Source: Pachysolen tannophilus NRRL Y-2460 (taxonomy: Eukaryota). Taken from it: DNA of 64,000 nt. Shown in pieces: positions 47,674-60,810 of this stretch (positions are counted from its first letter, which is position 1; each line of letters opens with the position of its first letter). The notes below the pieces were generated by a model. It was given only the letters and a program-made list of their open reading frames with translations. It was not told where the DNA came from and made no database searches. The stretch spans positions 495,381 through 559,380 of the forward strand of contig KV454016.1 of NCBI GenBank assembly GCA_001661245.1, in the 5' to 3' direction. The position numbers and the translations under genes are program-made.

Positions 47674-49248
47674 ATGATGACAGAGAGAAACAAGGAAATG
47701 AAGGAGGTTGAAGTTGATAAGAAGAAGGTTGTGGAAACCATTGCACCTAAAAAGGATGAGAAGGAGACTGCAATGCTGGAACCGGAAAAAACAACAGATG
47801 AGTTGAAACTGACGAAAACACAAGAGTCTGATACAATTGATACGTCACGGCGTAAAAGAGGCCGAGAAGAAGATGAAAATGAAGATGAAAATGAAGGTGA
47901 AGAGAAAGAGAAAGATACGAAAAGAGAAGGCAAGGATGCATTGGATAGCGAGAAGACAAAACCAATTGATGCTTCAGAAGAAGATTCACGTACCAAGCGT
48001 CCAAGGACAAATGATTCTAGTTCTACTGAGATAAAAATTACGAAAATTACCAATGGTAATACTAAAGACTCATCAACAGAGGTGGAAAAAGCAACAAAGG
48101 ATGAAGAAGAAGATAAAGAAGAAATTAGAGAAGACAAGGATATATTGGTTAATGAGAAGACAAAACCAATTGATGCTTTAAAAGAAAATTCAAATTCCAA
48201 ATGTCCAAATACAAGTGATTCTAGTTCTATTGAGACAAAAGTTACTAATGGTGATACTAATCACTCGTTAAAGGAGCTGGAAAAAGAAACAAAAAAGGAT
48301 GATGAAAAAAATGAAAGTAAGGATATTTCTACCAATGGAACTAACAGTGCTTCTGTTAGTGCTTCTGAAGAGAAGCCAAAGTTTGTATTTGGTTCATCAA
48401 CACCTTTTGGATCAACACCTGCTTTTTCCATGTTTAACAAGAAAAATATTTTTGATTCATCTGTGTCTGATGGGAAAGTTAAGGAAGCAGAAACAGATTC
48501 ACTGTCGTCATCATCGTTTTTGTCAGCAGGAGGAGCGTCCGCAGAAGCAGGTGCTAAAAATTCAGTTTTTGGTTCTGTATCACCATCGGCTATTAAAGGA
48601 ACATCTCTGTTTGGTGCCAATTCGAAATTTGGAAATGCATTTCAAGCAGCAATAAACAAAAAATCGATATTTGATAAGGAGGTTAAAACGGAGTCCAATG
48701 AAAAGGAAGCAGAGACGGGACAAGAACAGAAAAAAGATGAAGATGAAGAAGAAGATGAAGGTGCCGACAATGATAAAGATGAAGATGAAGACAATAACAA
48801 AGATAAATCAACTAAATCAACTTTATACCAAAAGGTACATTTAGAAAAAAAACAAATTAGTACTGGGGAAGAAGAAGACGAATCTCTTTTCTCAACAAAA
48901 CTGAAATTGTACTCTTTGGATTTGACAAACGTTCTGGAAGGATGGAAAGAAAGAGGTATTGGTATACTAAGGGTTAACAAGTTGAAAAATACTACTGAAA
49001 ACATCAATTACAAGGCAAGAATTATCATGAGAGCAGACGTAATTTTGAAAGTTATACTAAATGTACCAATTACTAAAAAATTTGAAATTTTTGAAGGAAT
49101 GGAAAGTTCTTTAGCAAGTGAAAAATTCATTAGAATATCATCTATAGATGAAAATAAGAAACCTGTCCAATATGCCATTAAAACCGCTAATGCTAACAAT
49201 ACGAAGGCATTATATAATTCCATCAAAAGTTTGATTCCAAAAGATTAG
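47674..49248 (+). CDS. YRB2: Ran-binding domain protein Yrb2 (charged N-terminus, FG motifs, RanBD)
   Basis: FVFG/PFG/VFG/LFG/KFG motifs, TGEEEDE, WKERGIG, RIIMR; adjacent to EFM4 as in S. cerevisiae. Confidence 0.85.
   Translation: MMTERNKEMKEVEVDKKKVVETIAPKKDEKETAMLEPEKTTDELKLTKTQESDTIDTSRRKRGREEDENEDENEGEEKEKDTKREGKDALDSEKTKPIDASEEDSRTKRPRTNDSSSTEIKITKITNGNTKDSSTEVEKATKDEEEDKEEIREDKDILVNEKTKPIDALKENSNSKCPNTSDSSSIETKVTNGDTNHSLKELEKETKKDDEKNESKDISTNGTNSASVSASEEKPKFVFGSSTPFGSTPAFSMFNKKNIFDSSVSDGKVKEAETDSLSSSSFLSAGGASAEAGAKNSVFGSVSPSAIKGTSLFGANSKFGNAFQAAINKKSIFDKEVKTESNEKEAETGQEQKKDEDEEEDEGADNDKDEDEDNNKDKSTKSTLYQKVHLEKKQISTGEEEDESLFSTKLKLYSLDLTNVLEGWKERGIGILRVNKLKNTTENINYKARIIMRADVILKVILNVPITKKFEIFEGMESSLASEKFIRISSIDENKKPVQYAIKTANANNTKALYNSIKSLIPKD
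47921..48327 (+). repeat. Diverged intragenic tandem duplication with 204-bp period in YRB2
   Basis: GAGAAGACAAAACCAATTGATGCTT is exact at 47950 and 48154; GATTCTAGTTCTA and later blocks also recur; outer limits approximate. Confidence 0.85.
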
Positions 49249-49385
49249 TTGAAGAAAAAAAAAAGAAAAACGAGAAGTTTACGTGTAGTTTTTTTATTTT
49301 CTTGTCTTGCTTTCTTGATTTATATATCTTCATTCCTGTAGTATTAAATATATTTTAATTTCCTTTACTTGTTATATATATCTTT

Positions 49386-50205
49386 TTATACAATAGTTTT
49401 TTTAAATGCAATGGTACAAATAGTTTGTCCCTTTACACCACCAAATTCGAAAGATGGATATTCAACACATTTCCATTTCTTGAATTCTTGTTCAGACTCA
49501 ATAATTTTAACTAATTCATTTTCAGTAAAATTACAAGAACTGATAAGTAATATACCATCCTTGCGTAAAAGTCTTTTCACGTTGCTTGGATATAATTCTA
49601 CGCCTAGCTTATCATCCTTATATCTTGAGTCGCTTAACGCAATAGCATCTAAAGTTCCTTTATCTAGCACAACATCAAACTTATCTTCATCTTTTCCCAT
49701 TTCAAAAATCAGCTCATCATCGTTCAATATGTCACATTTTTCGAAAACCATTTTATCATCACCATCATGCTGCTCTTTTAAAATTTCTTTACAAAAAGCA
49801 ACTGAATTTTCACTATAATCTAAACCAACTAACTTTCCTTTAAAACCTTCCTCTCTAAGTGTGAAAATCAAATGACCATTTCCTGTGCCCAAATCACAAA
49901 TTTTGATATCCCCATTTTGCTTTCCCAACGAGTCCATATTATCAAATAAAAAATCAACCATTTTCAACTCGGCATCAGAGTCTGAAAACCAACATTCCCC
50001 AGTATCTTCTGGGTTCTCTTCAAAATTGGATTTTTCTAAAGCATAAAAGTCTTCCCAACTGTTATGATAATTATATCAGTATTAGTATATTGAGTTAAAA
50101 TAGACCAACAAAAAAAAAAAAAAAAAAAGCAAAAGTGAAAAGTTCTTACTATTTCTTCGTCCCCAACTTTGAAGGGTTCAATCTAGTCGTGTCATCCTCA
50201 CTCAT
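49386..50205 (-). CDS. EFM4: eEF1A lysine methyltransferase Efm4/See1; exon 1 50205-50150, intron 50149-50059, exon 2 50058-49386
   Basis: GTAAGA donor, TACTAAT branch, CAG acceptor. Splicing restores SKLGTKKYWEDFY...DTGECWF. Motifs DLGTGNG, DKGTLDAI, SCNFT. Confidence 0.92.
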
Positions 50206-50457
50206 GGCCAATAGAAGCAGCTCAGTCGATAATATTGTAGACTTTATCGAGTTTATCTGTGTATATTTGAAGAGAGAAAGACTTTGTAAGATTTGAAAAT
50301 TTTACTTTTTACGTTGAAAAAAAATTATATATATAAAGAAAAATATTTAGGTGATAGTAATTAAGAGATGGTGATAATGATAAATTATATTTATATTTTT
50401 ATATATCAAAGAGAAGTGTTTTAAATAAAAGAGAAAAGACTGGAATTCAAAAAGTTT

Positions 50458-53058
<2,601 letters not shown>

Positions 53059-53358
53059 TCAAAAAAACAGCACAAAATAAAAAAGAAAAGAAGAAAAAAA
53101 ATAGAATTAAAATATTTACTTTTGAAAAGAAAAAGCAAAAAATATAGAAAAAATCAAAGTATTAATTATGACCAATAAATTAAAAAATTGAAATTGAAAA
53201 TGAAAAAAAAAAAAAAAAATTTTTACACTGATTTTTATTATCAGTTAGTTAACTCGAAATGTTTAGTACCAATATCGAAATGTGGGTGAAAAATGAAAAA
53301 AATGAAAAGAAACTCGTTAGATTAAGCAGGTTTAAAAAGAATGGAATACAACTAGCAC

Positions 53359-53412
53359 GTATATATATATATAGATATATAGATATATAGATATATGTAT
53401 ATATATATATAC
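53359..53412. repeat. (TA)n / TAGATATA microsatellite
   Basis: Read directly from the sequence. Confidence 0.8.
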
Positions 53413-53942
53413 AAGTAGACAAACCTTTTCTTACAATATATCTATATATGAATATTTATTCTTTGTAATCTAGTTTCATAGCTTCAAGGAAAGAATATCT
53501 TATGAATAGTACCGCTGTGTGTCATTGATAGCGTCGGCAACTGTTAAAAAGATACAAACGCGGTGTTGGAACTTGCCTATTTCGAGCAATTTAATTTCTT
53601 AATGCACGACTATATTAATGTCCGCATTAAATTTTTTTGTCTCCAAAAAAAAGGGCGGTGGAGAACATTATTTTTTTTTGATTAAAACTACAACCGCCCC
53701 TATAATAAGGGCTGTATTTTAAAAAAGTGCTGTTCAAGGGCGGTTTTATGAGAGAAGACAAGAAGCTTAAAAGAAATAAATTTTAAAACCCTATGTGCGC
53801 TTGCTTTCATTTTTTTTTTTGTACCTATTAATTCTTTTGATCCAACTTATAATTGTTAATTTATTCAACTGCAATTAATCAATAGATAAATCGATATTTA
53901 TATATATCGATAGTAGTAGTAGACTGGATTAAGATTTATAAA

Positions 53943-54683
53943 ATGGCAAAGTTGAGCTATTTACCAGGTAAGATGAAATTTCCTACTTTTTTATTCTTTT
54001 TTATTATTACTATTTGAGTTTTGAATTTTGAATAATTGCTAACATGTTTTTTTTTACTTTATTGTTTTAGCACTTGAGGATGCCAATGCGTAAGTTATTC
54101 AATTTTTTTTTCTTTTTTTTTTTCATAAAAAAAAGTTTATGGCTTTGCTAATATAAAACTTTAGTCCGCTTTCAGATAAGCAATTGGAAATACTAGAAGA
54201 ACAAGTTGAATCTGAGATGCCAAATCCTTCTATTCAATCTCAATTCAATTATGCTTGGGGATTAATCAAATGTTCAAGTAAAAAACAAAATAAGAAAGGT
54301 ATTGATTTATTGGTGGATATTTTCAAAAATTGTCCTCAAAGAAGAAGAGAATGTTTATACTATTTAAGTGTTGGATGCTTGAAAATAAATGATTTAAGTG
54401 AAGCCAAACGGTATATCGATGCATTGGTCAACCATGAGCCTGATAACTTACAAGCCGCACAATTGCAGAGAGTAGTTGAAGATAAAATCGCTAAAGGTAA
54501 GTACCAAATTTGTTCAAAATACATATATGATCTTGGAATATAACTAACCATAACTTTTTTAAAAAAAATTTTTTTATTTTTTATTTTTTTACAGATGGAA
54601 TGGTAGGAGTCGCTGTAGTAAGTGGAGTGGTTGGTGTTGGAGCTGCTGCTCTAGCATTTTTCTTGAGGAATAAAAAACGTTAA
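53943..54683 (+). CDS. FIS1: Mitochondrial fission protein Fis1, 4 exons: 53943-53967, 54071-54089, 54165-54496, 54595-54683 (154 aa)
   Basis: Three GT..AG introns with branch sites. The joined frame is 465 nt: MAKLSYLPALEDANAPLSDKQLEIL...FNYAWGLIK...RRRECLYYL...TM-RNKKR. Confidence 0.92.
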
Positions 54684-55014
54684 AAAAAAAAAAAAAAAAT
54701 AAAACAATATATATATATATACATCATTATCATTATTATCATTAATATTATTAGTATATAAGGTAGTTCCATAAATATCAAATCTTAGGTTTAATCGTCT
54801 TGCGTTTTATCACGAAACAAACAAAAGAAGAATAGTATAGTAGTATGTTTTTACCCCGTGTTGTATGTGTGATAAGATGGAACAATTTTTCAGCGGCTCA
54901 TAGTTTTAATAGTAGTTTCCGGCTTCAGAAAAGTATCATCCGGCAACAAAACGCTTGGTTAAATTAGTATTTCTTTATTCGTTGGTGGCTTTAACACTAC
55001 ATTATAAAACGCAG

Positions 55015-55090
55015 CAGAAGTACCAGAAGTACCAGAAGTACCGTTCTACTGTACCGTGCTACTGCACTTCGGCTGCCGGAAGTACCAGAA
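55015..55090 (+). repeat. Compound minisatellite: (CAGAAGTAC)x3, (GTACCGT[T/G]CTACT)x2, then another GAAGTACCAGAA
   Basis: Read directly from the sequence. Confidence 0.8.
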
Positions 55091-55406
55091 ACGAGGGGGA
55101 GGGGAAAATAAAATAAAAGAAATCGCGATATAATAATAATAAGAAGAAGAAGAGGAAGCAGTAGGAAAGAAAATAAATATTTCGGAACTATCTATACTGG
55201 ATGATGCTAATATTCTATGAATTTTAATTCTATTTCCTATTCCTATTCCTTTTTTTTATTTTAATTATAATTTCTCTTTGCACGCTCTTACCGTTCTTTT
55301 CTCGGTTTTGTTTTAATTTGACCTACTAAGCTTCTTTCTTTTGCCTCTTTTATTGATTTAAAAATCTAGAATTAATTTTTAGTGCGAAAAGCACGCGAAA
55401 AAAAAC

Positions 55407-55445
<39 letters not shown>

Positions 55446-55985
55446 TGGTAAAAAGAAAGAAAAAAAAAAAGAAAACGAGAATTTCTATTTTCTATTTCCA
55501 TCAGCGGTTAATATATATAAAACTATAATTTACTATTAATATTTGTATTTATCATTCTTTTAAAATAAATAAAATATACATCATTAATTTTTAATAATCA
55601 AACCAATAGATTCATTCGTTTTTGAAAATAATATACCCTGTGTTTGCTGAATTCATTCATTTTTTTTTCCTATTTTTTTTCCCTTCTTTTTTGTTTTATA
55701 ATTTTTCTTTTTCTTTGTTGAAAAATTAGATAAATTAAAAAGAAAATTTGTTATTATCTATTAATCTATTAATCTGGTGTTTTTGGGTTTTATTTTATTC
55801 GGGTTGTTACAGTTGAGCCTTTTATAATTTTCTTGTTTGTTTTTCTTTTGACTTTTTTTTTTTCAATAGTTTAACTTGTTATTGGATTTATATTATGTGC
55901 CTATAATTAAGTTTGGTGTTTTACAAAGAGAAATAAATATATTACAACAAAAATCAAAAAATACAAAAAAAAACGAAAAAGAAGA

Positions 55986-57050
55986 ATGCGTCCTATAATT
56001 TATTGTGAAGTTAAGATAATACTAATTGCGGCGATAGCGTCTTTTTTAATTGTTAGAGTTAATGGAGAAACATCATTGGGTTGTTTTTCTTCTATAAGTT
56101 CATCAGCTGTATCAAAGGGTTCATATACATATCAATCTTCATTATATTGTTCTGAAGAATGTTCATCATATAGTTATTTTGCATTGTTCAACGGAAGTTA
56201 TTGTTATTGTTTAAGTTCAAGTCCCGATAGTTCGGATACTTCAAATGATTGTGATGTAAGTTGTGTTGGATACCCAGATGAGACCTGTGGTGGAACTGAT
56301 AGTTATGACGTTTATTCAACGGGTTCGAGTAGTTCGTCTTCTGATGATTCATCAAGTTCTTCCACATCGCTGTCTTCAAGTTCTTCATCTACATCAAGTA
56401 CATCAACCTCATCTACATCATCATCATCTTCTTCTTCTTCATCAAGTTCAAGTTCAAGTTCAAGTTCGAGTTCAAGTTCAAGTACAACACTGGCACTGGC
56501 ACTGGCTTCTTCCTCATCATCACAATCTTCATCAACAATAACACTGGCTACAACTTCAGCTACTTCAGATTCAAATTATGTATTAACAACACAAACAGGA
56601 GATGGAGCTTCTTCAGTGGTCACCATAACAGAAACCCCATCATCAACTTCGTCGCTGGATAGTTCTTCTAAATCGAGTTCAAGTTCTTCATCATCAGGCA
56701 CAAGCAAAGGTGCAATAATAGGTGGTGCTGTTGGTGGTGTTGTTGGTGGAGCAATATTAGTTGGTCTCTTCATTTTCTTTATATTATGGAGAAGACGTAG
56801 TACTGTTGATGAAGATGACTTTTCTCAGGAAGACAAGATGTTTGTTGATGATGCTATGTACGATGAAGCGATAAAAAGAAATAAGCCTGTGAATCCTTTT
56901 GAAAGTTCTGCAGATTTTAATATGAATATGGATCAACGGTTAAACCCAATAGAGTTGGGAAGGAGAAGGTTAAGTGAGGGATCATTGGCAGACAATGCGG
57001 ATTATAGCAGGAAAATATTAAGAGTAGCAAACCCTGATGATAATATCTGA
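55986..57050 (+). CDS. WSC-family cell wall integrity sensor (signal peptide, Cys-rich WSC domain, Ser/Thr linker, TM, RVANPD tail)
   Basis: Eight-Cys WSC pattern, GAIIGGAVGGVVG TM, NPF motif, LRVANPD; paralog (Wsc1/2/3) not resolved. Confidence 0.9.
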   Translation: MRPIIYCEVKIILIAAIASFLIVRVNGETSLGCFSSISSSAVSKGSYTYQSSLYCSEECSSYSYFALFNGSYCYCLSSSPDSSDTSNDCDVSCVGYPDETCGGTDSYDVYSTGSSSSSSDDSSSSSTSLSSSSSSTSSTSTSSTSSSSSSSSSSSSSSSSSSSSSSTTLALALASSSSSQSSSTITLATTSATSDSNYVLTTQTGDGASSVVTITETPSSTSSLDSSSKSSSSSSSSGTSKGAIIGGAVGGVVGGAILVGLFIFFILWRRRSTVDEDDFSQEDKMFVDDAMYDEAIKRNKPVNPFESSADFNMNMDQRLNPIELGRRRLSEGSLADNADYSRKILRVANPDDNI

Positions 57051-57830
57051 ACAACGAAAAAGAAGAAAATCAAAGAAAAAAAGAAAAAAAAAAGAAAAAT
57101 TGAAATAAATATATATATATATATATATAAGGTATATAACAGAAAAGTAAAAGGTATAAATTTAAAAAAAAAATAATAGTTTATTATATTATTTTTCTTG
57201 TTCTGTTTTAAGGAAAAAAAAAAATAATTAAAGATAAAATAAAAAAAACACAACCCATTTTTGTAAATTATAGAAACAATTGTTGTGTTGTGTTGTGTTG
57301 TTTTCTTAGTTTTTCATTTTGTACTTACTTATTATTTATCGATGATGTTATTTTTCATTTTTTTTTACTTTTTCAGTTTTTAAAAAAATTGTTTTTTAAA
57401 ATCCGTTTCCGTTGCCTATTTAGGAAAACTGTAGAATAACTTCCTCATTCGGTACTTTTTTTATAACCTTTCCGTTTTTGGCCATTTTTATTTTGTTTTT
57501 TGTTTTTTTAAAAATGCTTTTTAATATTGCTTTTAAAAACGCATACGATTTTGTATTTAATATACAATTGTCGTAAGATAGCATACAATTCTATATATAT
57601 TATTATTATTATTATTATTATTAATATTAATATTATTATTTATCAAATATTATTGCTATTATTAAAGAATTATTTTTCAATCATTATAGCTATTTATTTA
57701 TTTATTGTTTTTAATTATTATTCTTATTAATAGTTTGATAATTTTGAATGGTTAATAGCTCGAGTAATTTGAATTACTTACTTGAATACAATTTTATTAA
57801 TAATATTTTATTAAATATATATATTTAATT

Positions 57831-59567
57831 ATGTCTCATGCAATTACGGTTCCGGAAGACGAAAAAGAATTTTATACACAATTATCAGAAATTAGAAATT
57901 ATCTTTCTATTTTGAAAAAAGATCATAAAAATTTTTTAAAATCTTCTGTTATTTCAGAAATTTATAATAAAGTTATAAGAATTGTTAAAAAATTGGATAA
58001 TCAAAGACTTTCAAAATTTCCAACAGAAACTGTTAGACAACCACCTCAACCGAATAGTTTAGATTATCTTATAGATGATATTTTCCAATTATTATCATTA
58101 TGTTTTATGGCTGTTGGTTTGACAAAGACAGCTCCAGCAACTTATGCTTCATTATCAACGGTTCAAAGATTATTGGAACATTTGGATGAAAGTGGTGTTT
58201 ATACAAATTTAGAACTTAATCCTATTCGTGAAAGGTTACAAGAAATTAGAAATATTATTAATATGGATTATGCAGAATTGGAAGATACAGAACAAGATTT
58301 ACAAGGTGTAAGACATGAAGATAATGGATTTGATGATGATGAAGTATTTGTAGCTCAACAACAAAAAGATGGAACAGAAATTGTATTGGCTAAAAAAGAT
58401 GAAAATAAATTATTAAGAAATAAATTAACTAAATGTGAAAGAAAACTTGATCTGTTAGTTAATAAAATTAATTCAATCCCAGAAAATTTACAACATATTT
58501 TAACTGAATTAATTACAATTAGAAGAACTTTAATGAATTTAATTACAAGAGCAGAAAATTTTGATCCTAAAGATTTAGAAAATTTAAGAAAAGAATTATC
58601 TAAAATTGAAAATTCAAAAGAATTGATTGATTATATTAGTAGTAGTACTTCTGAAACTTCTGAAGGGGGTTCAACAAAAAATCAAGTTTTAATTAATGGA
58701 TTATTAGATGATTGTCATAATTTAATAAGTGATTTATTAGCAAATAATGTTGAAAAAGTTGATGCTTCTTTAAAACCATTATATAATCAACTAATAGAAT
58801 TAAAGACAAATTTAGAAAATTTATTTGTTACTTGGCGTTGGACTTTAAGAGCAACTGATTTATTTTCATATCAAAAAACACTTCAAGATATTGATAATCG
58901 TAGGAAAAATGGATTTTTCGTTAATCCAGAAGGTGAATGTCCTGCAAAAGGTCAAGATATCTTGCTTTATTTACTTCGAAGATGTTATGCAATCATTTAT
59001 AAATTATTGGAAAGTTCAGAACCTGTTTCTGAAGCCCTTCAACCAATTCATAATCAATTATCTACTGTGAGAAGATGTCTCTTGGATGTAAAACGTATGG
59101 GTGGTATATCATCAATTAGAGAATTATATCCATATCAGATGAAATTGGCTAGTGTTGATAATTTAAGAGAAGATGGGAAATTTATGGTTGATGAACAAAT
59201 CCCTGAAGGCCAAGGAACTTTAAATGCATTATTAGCTGAATGTTTTGATATTGTACATGAGTTGAAAATAGAATATTATGAAAATGAAGAAAATAAAAAA
59301 GGTGAAGATGAGGATGATATTGCCGCTGAAGATGACAACTATGTGATAGAAACTACAAAATCTGGATCTCTGGATCGTCAAAATGACGATGATGATGACG
59401 ACGATGACGAAAACGATGCTGTAAATGACGTCGAAGGTGACGGCGATGGCGATGGAAACTATTACAGGGACTTTACGGACGACGGTTATGACTCTAACTT
59501 ACCTAGCTACGCTGCTAGTGTTAATGAAAGTGAGATTCCTACTGATGTAGAAAGATCAAAAAAATAA
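57831..59567 (+). CDS. Conserved fungal helical protein, DUF2408 / YPL260W (Cub1)-like
   Basis: APATYASLSTVQRLLEHL, RWTLRATDL, SSEPVSEALQPIHNQL, RELYPYQMKL; family recalled from memory. Confidence 0.75.
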   Translation: MSHAITVPEDEKEFYTQLSEIRNYLSILKKDHKNFLKSSVISEIYNKVIRIVKKLDNQRLSKFPTETVRQPPQPNSLDYLIDDIFQLLSLCFMAVGLTKTAPATYASLSTVQRLLEHLDESGVYTNLELNPIRERLQEIRNIINMDYAELEDTEQDLQGVRHEDNGFDDDEVFVAQQQKDGTEIVLAKKDENKLLRNKLTKCERKLDLLVNKINSIPENLQHILTELITIRRTLMNLITRAENFDPKDLENLRKELSKIENSKELIDYISSSTSETSEGGSTKNQVLINGLLDDCHNLISDLLANNVEKVDASLKPLYNQLIELKTNLENLFVTWRWTLRATDLFSYQKTLQDIDNRRKNGFFVNPEGECPAKGQDILLYLLRRCYAIIYKLLESSEPVSEALQPIHNQLSTVRRCLLDVKRMGGISSIRELYPYQMKLASVDNLREDGKFMVDEQIPEGQGTLNALLAECFDIVHELKIEYYENEENKKGEDEDDIAAEDDNYVIETTKSGSLDRQNDDDDDDDDENDAVNDVEGDGDGDGNYYRDFTDDGYDSNLPSYAASVNESEIPTDVERSKK

Positions 59568-60319
59568 CCAAAAAAAAAAAAAAAAAAAAAAAAAAACTGC
59601 AGCTAATAAAAAATTTAATAATATTCAACAATTAATTTTTTTCTTTTATTCTTTTATTCTTTTATTTTACAATTTTGTTATTTGAGATGGAACTTCAATT
59701 ATTTTTTTTCTTTTTCTTCTTTTTTTCTTTTGGTAATGTTTATTTGAAGTAGAGATATGTATCTGGTTTGTGTGATTTGTGATTTATTTCCCTCCTTTTT
59801 TTTTAAAAAAAAAAAAATACTTTTTTCATTTAATTGTTTTGCATTGTTTTTATGTCCATTATGATTATGATTTCTTTTTTGTTTGTTTTAAGATTAACAT
59901 ACAGAATATTTTATATATGACGATTTTATTGTAGTTGTAGTCTGTCTGTCTAGTCAATAGTTGAAGCCACTAATGTACACGGCAGCCGCACAACTCCTAC
60001 TAATTAAGACATAAATATATATGTATATATATATATGTCAAGATAAGGAAGCGGAAACCCCCCGAAATCGCCACCTAAACTCTATATTATATCTTGAAAT
60101 ACACGGTTTCAATAGATAGAAGAAAAATCATGAAAGAATTTGAATCAGAAAACTTGTATTTTTTAGTATGATAAATAAATGATTATCTTTGTTTCTTCAC
60201 ATGCATTTGTATATATATATGTATGCATGCATAATTCTTTTTTTCCATTGCCTACCTTTTAAATTTGTCGGTTTTAAAGAATTGTTCACAAAAATTTTGC
60301 CGATAATCTAGATGGCTTA

Positions 60320-60326
60320 TTACTAA
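60320..60326 (+). promoter_or_regulatory. Possible Yap1-type response element TTACTAA upstream of the ABCC transporter
   Basis: Single motif ~490 bp upstream of ATG; AT-rich 7-mers arise easily by chance. Confidence 0.2.
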
Positions 60327-60810
60327 TAAAACCGTTGTAGTTGATCCTTTGATCCTCCTCCTACTGATTATTAGAGCTAAAATGTTTAAAAAAAAAAGTA
60401 GACTACACATAAAAGAGGAAGGCAAATAAATGAGGGTCGCCGCGTCCATGAGTTCATATTGAAGTTTTTCCAACCTAAATAACTATTGTTGGTGAAAACC
60501 TACGGCTTTCTAAAAATCCTGGAAATCATCTTATAATGATTAATAATAAGAGAACGATATTATAACTAATGAGGCTCAGATTTATCTTCAAGCGAATTTT
60601 CTTATCGTTAAAAGTTAAAGTTGTAAGTTTAACGTGAATAATACCGCATTTTAAAATTTCCCTTTTAGGCCCAGAAAGATTTCCAGGACATAAAACTAAA
60701 TACAATTGGAGATAAGAAGTCTTGAATTAAATTTACTTGTTGATATTTTATTTATTTTAAAGAAATAGAACTTGCTAATTTTTTTTTTTTTTTTTTTATA
60801 GACCATCAGG

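Noticed and set aside
47625..49007. Antisense Ser/Phe-rich ORFs (up to 191 aa) over YRB2
   Set aside because: Mirror of E/K/D-rich codons that lack stops on the reverse strand; no independent coding signal.
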